From a virus (lineage: Duplodnaviria > Caudoviricetes), in IMG/VR virus record IMGVR_UViG_3300030376_007529, positions 1 through 36,131 of that record: a DNA stretch of 36,131 bases. One strand, written 5' to 3'. The notes under the pieces are model-generated. The model worked only from the letters and a program-made list of their open reading frames with translations. It searched no databases and had not been told where the DNA came from. The translations under genes were made by a program, and so were the position numbers. Of this stretch, positions 34,209-36,131 are shown in pieces. How positions within the stretch are numbered: position 1 is the stretch's first letter; each line of letters starts with the position of its first letter.

Positions 34209-34437
34209 AGATAAGCAACCTCAACAGTTTTATCCAGGAACTAAAATAATTAAAGCTCAGGTTGAAAAAGAATATATTGCTGAAATAACAGGAGTTGGTG
34301 ACTCTGTTGAAGGTATTGAAGTGGGTGACATTGTTAGATATTCAAAACATGCGGATGGTATAGTTATGAGACATAATGGTGAAAACCATACCTTAATTAA
34401 CTATGATATGATATTTGCAAAAATTATAGATGGCTAG
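34162..34437 (+). CDS. groES: GroES/Cpn10-like co-chaperonin
   Basis: IVPLGRKVLIK, GVG..V..IEVGD.V.Y, LI...IFAKI. Confidence 0.85.
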   Translation: MENQKIVPLGRKVLIKDKQPQQFYPGTKIIKAQVEKEYIAEITGVGDSVEGIEVGDIVRYSKHADGIVMRHNGENHTLINYDMIFAKIIDG

Positions 34438-36131
34438 AAATATACCTACATATAAAGACGAAGAATGGTCTGTAACAACATTTGAAGAAGATCAAGATTT
34501 TATTGATTTTGTACTGTCAGTTTTTAAAATTCCAGGTGAATATAATTTTGATGAAACTGCATTTAAATTTAATGAGCAAGCTAGAATATTTAATGAACAA
34601 GGTTATTATTGTAATGCACCATTTAGATCAAAAGATTTTATAAAGTATTGGAATACTGAAAAAGAAAAATGTAGAAACGGAGTTATATATCATAATAATA
34701 ATAAAACTTGGTATGTAACTAGAGATTATTATATGTGGTTAAACTTTTTACCCATATATGACAAAGAAGAAAAATCATATGGCTTTGCTAAAGTAAGAGA
34801 TGCTCAATATCATATGGCTTTATATGAGCTTCTTGCTGAATTAAATCATAAACATTCAGCTATATTTAAAAAACGTCAGATAGCTTCTTCTTATTTTCAT
34901 ATGGGTAAGATTATAAATACTTACTGGTTTGAAGAAGGATCTGTTTGTAAGATTGGTGCTAGTTTAAAAGACTATATAAATGATAAAGGTTCTTGGAAGT
35001 TTTTAGAAGAATACAAAGACTTTCTTAATGAGCATACTGCTTGGTATAGACCTAGTAATCCAGAAAAGGTTTTACTTTGGCAACAGCAAATAGAAGTTAG
35101 AGTTGGTAATAGAAAAACAAGTAAAGGTTTAAAATCTAAAATACAAGGTGCATCATTTGAAAAGAATGCAACAACAGGTGTTGGTGGACCAACAACTTAC
35201 TTCTTTCATGAGGAAGCTGGTATTGCTCCAAAGATGATGGATACATATGAGTACTTACGTCCTGCAATGTCATCCGGTATGATGACTACAGGTATGTTTA
35301 TAGCTGCAGGTTCAGTGGGAGATCTTGATCAATGCAATCCATTAAAAGAAATGATACTTAATCCCACTAACAATGATATTTATGCTGTTGAAACAAATTT
35401 ACTAGATAAAGATGGTACAATAGGTTTATCAGGATTATTTATTCCAGAACAATGGTCAATGCCCCCATATATTGATGACTATGGTAACTCTCTTGTAGAA
35501 GAAGCTTTAAAAGCTATACATGTAGAAAGAGGTGAATGGAAAATAAAACTTAATCCAGAACAATATCAACTTAGAATATCTCAGAAACCAACTAATATTG
35601 CTGAAGGTTTTGCATATAGAAAAGAATCTATATTTCCTCAAGGTATTATTTCAAAACAAATGAAAAGAATTGAGGATAAGGAATATATGTATGAGCACCT
35701 TAAATTAGAAAGAACTGAGAAAGGTATTGAAGCAAGCAGAACAAGTAAATTACCAATATCTCAATTTCCAGTTGATAAAAAAATGACTGATAAAACAGGA
35801 TGCTTAGTAGTATGGGAAAGACCTGTTAAGAATCCTGAATTTGGAAACTACTTTGCTTCTATTGACCCGGTATCAGAAGGTAAGACTACAACTTCTGATT
35901 CATTATGTTCAATATTTGTATATAAAAATGCAGTTGAAGTAACAAGAGAAACTCCAGATGGAATAGAAAGTTTTATAGAAAAAGATAAAATAGTTGCTGC
36001 ATGGTGTGGTAGATATGATGATATAAATAAAACACATGAGCAATTATTATTAATTATAGAATGGTATAATGCATGGACTATAGTTGAGAATAATATATCA
36101 CTGTTTATTCAATACATGATAGCTAAGAAAA
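34430..36131 (+). CDS. terL: Terminase large subunit (crAss-like), truncated by window end; not in ORF track
   Basis: Open frame from ATG 34430 (MARNIPTY...); YYMWLNF, KKRQIASSY (Walker A region), FFHEEAG (Walker B), ASIDPV...SDSLCS (nuclease). Confidence 0.9.
   Translation, partial: MARNIPTYKDEEWSVTTFEEDQDFIDFVLSVFKIPGEYNFDETAFKFNEQARIFNEQGYYCNAPFRSKDFIKYWNTEKEKCRNGVIYHNNNKTWYVTRDYYMWLNFLPIYDKEEKSYGFAKVRDAQYHMALYELLAELNHKHSAIFKKRQIASSYFHMGKIINTYWFEEGSVCKIGASLKDYINDKGSWKFLEEYKDFLNEHTAWYRPSNPEKVLLWQQQIEVRVGNRKTSKGLKSKIQGASFEKNATTGVGGPTTYFFHEEAGIAPKMMDTYEYLRPAMSSGMMTTGMFIAAGSVGDLDQCNPLKEMILNPTNNDIYAVETNLLDKDGTIGLSGLFIPEQWSMPPYIDDYGNSLVEEALKAIHVERGEWKIKLNPEQYQLRISQKPTNIAEGFAYRKESIFPQGIISKQMKRIEDKEYMYEHLKLERTEKGIEASRTSKLPISQFPVDKKMTDKTGCLVVWERPVKNPEFGNYFASIDPVSEGKTTTSDSLCSIFVYKNAVEVTRETPDGIESFIEKDKIVAAWCGRYDDINKTHEQLLLIIEWYNAWTIVENNISLFIQYMIAKK

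Noticed and set aside
1-36131. Stop-codon reassignment as in some crAss-like phages
   Set aside because: Long genes are intact under code 11, and TAG and TGA both end genes at sensible junctions

Overview
AT-rich dsDNA bacteriophage fragment of crAss-like (Crassvirales-related) type, most likely infecting a Bacteroidota (Flavobacteria-like) host. Host evidence: Bacteroidota-type ClpS, TAnnTTTG promoter boxes, A/T-rich leaders without Shine-Dalgarno motifs. The window holds a whole minus-strand early/replication arm (383-28820): PolB, primase, short DnaB, SF2 helicase, UNG, ClpS, resolvase, SSB-like proteins and a MoxR-AAA+/vWA-metallopeptidase module. It converges with a plus-strand gene at the left edge and diverges near 28.85 kb into a plus-strand arm with amidase endolysin, IHF-like protein, nuclease, GroES and terminase large subunit (runs off the end). 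Main points of interest: (1) a translationally coupled MoxR/vWA-peptidase operon with three uncharacterised proteins sharing a helical motif (two also BRCT-like), plus a DUF6915/DUF6878 pair; (2) a hairpin-dense early region with candidate structured RNAs and unannotated micro-ORFs, including an ArfA-like basic peptide; (3) two phage lipoproteins. All family names come from motif recognition by eye; no database searches or folding programs were run.
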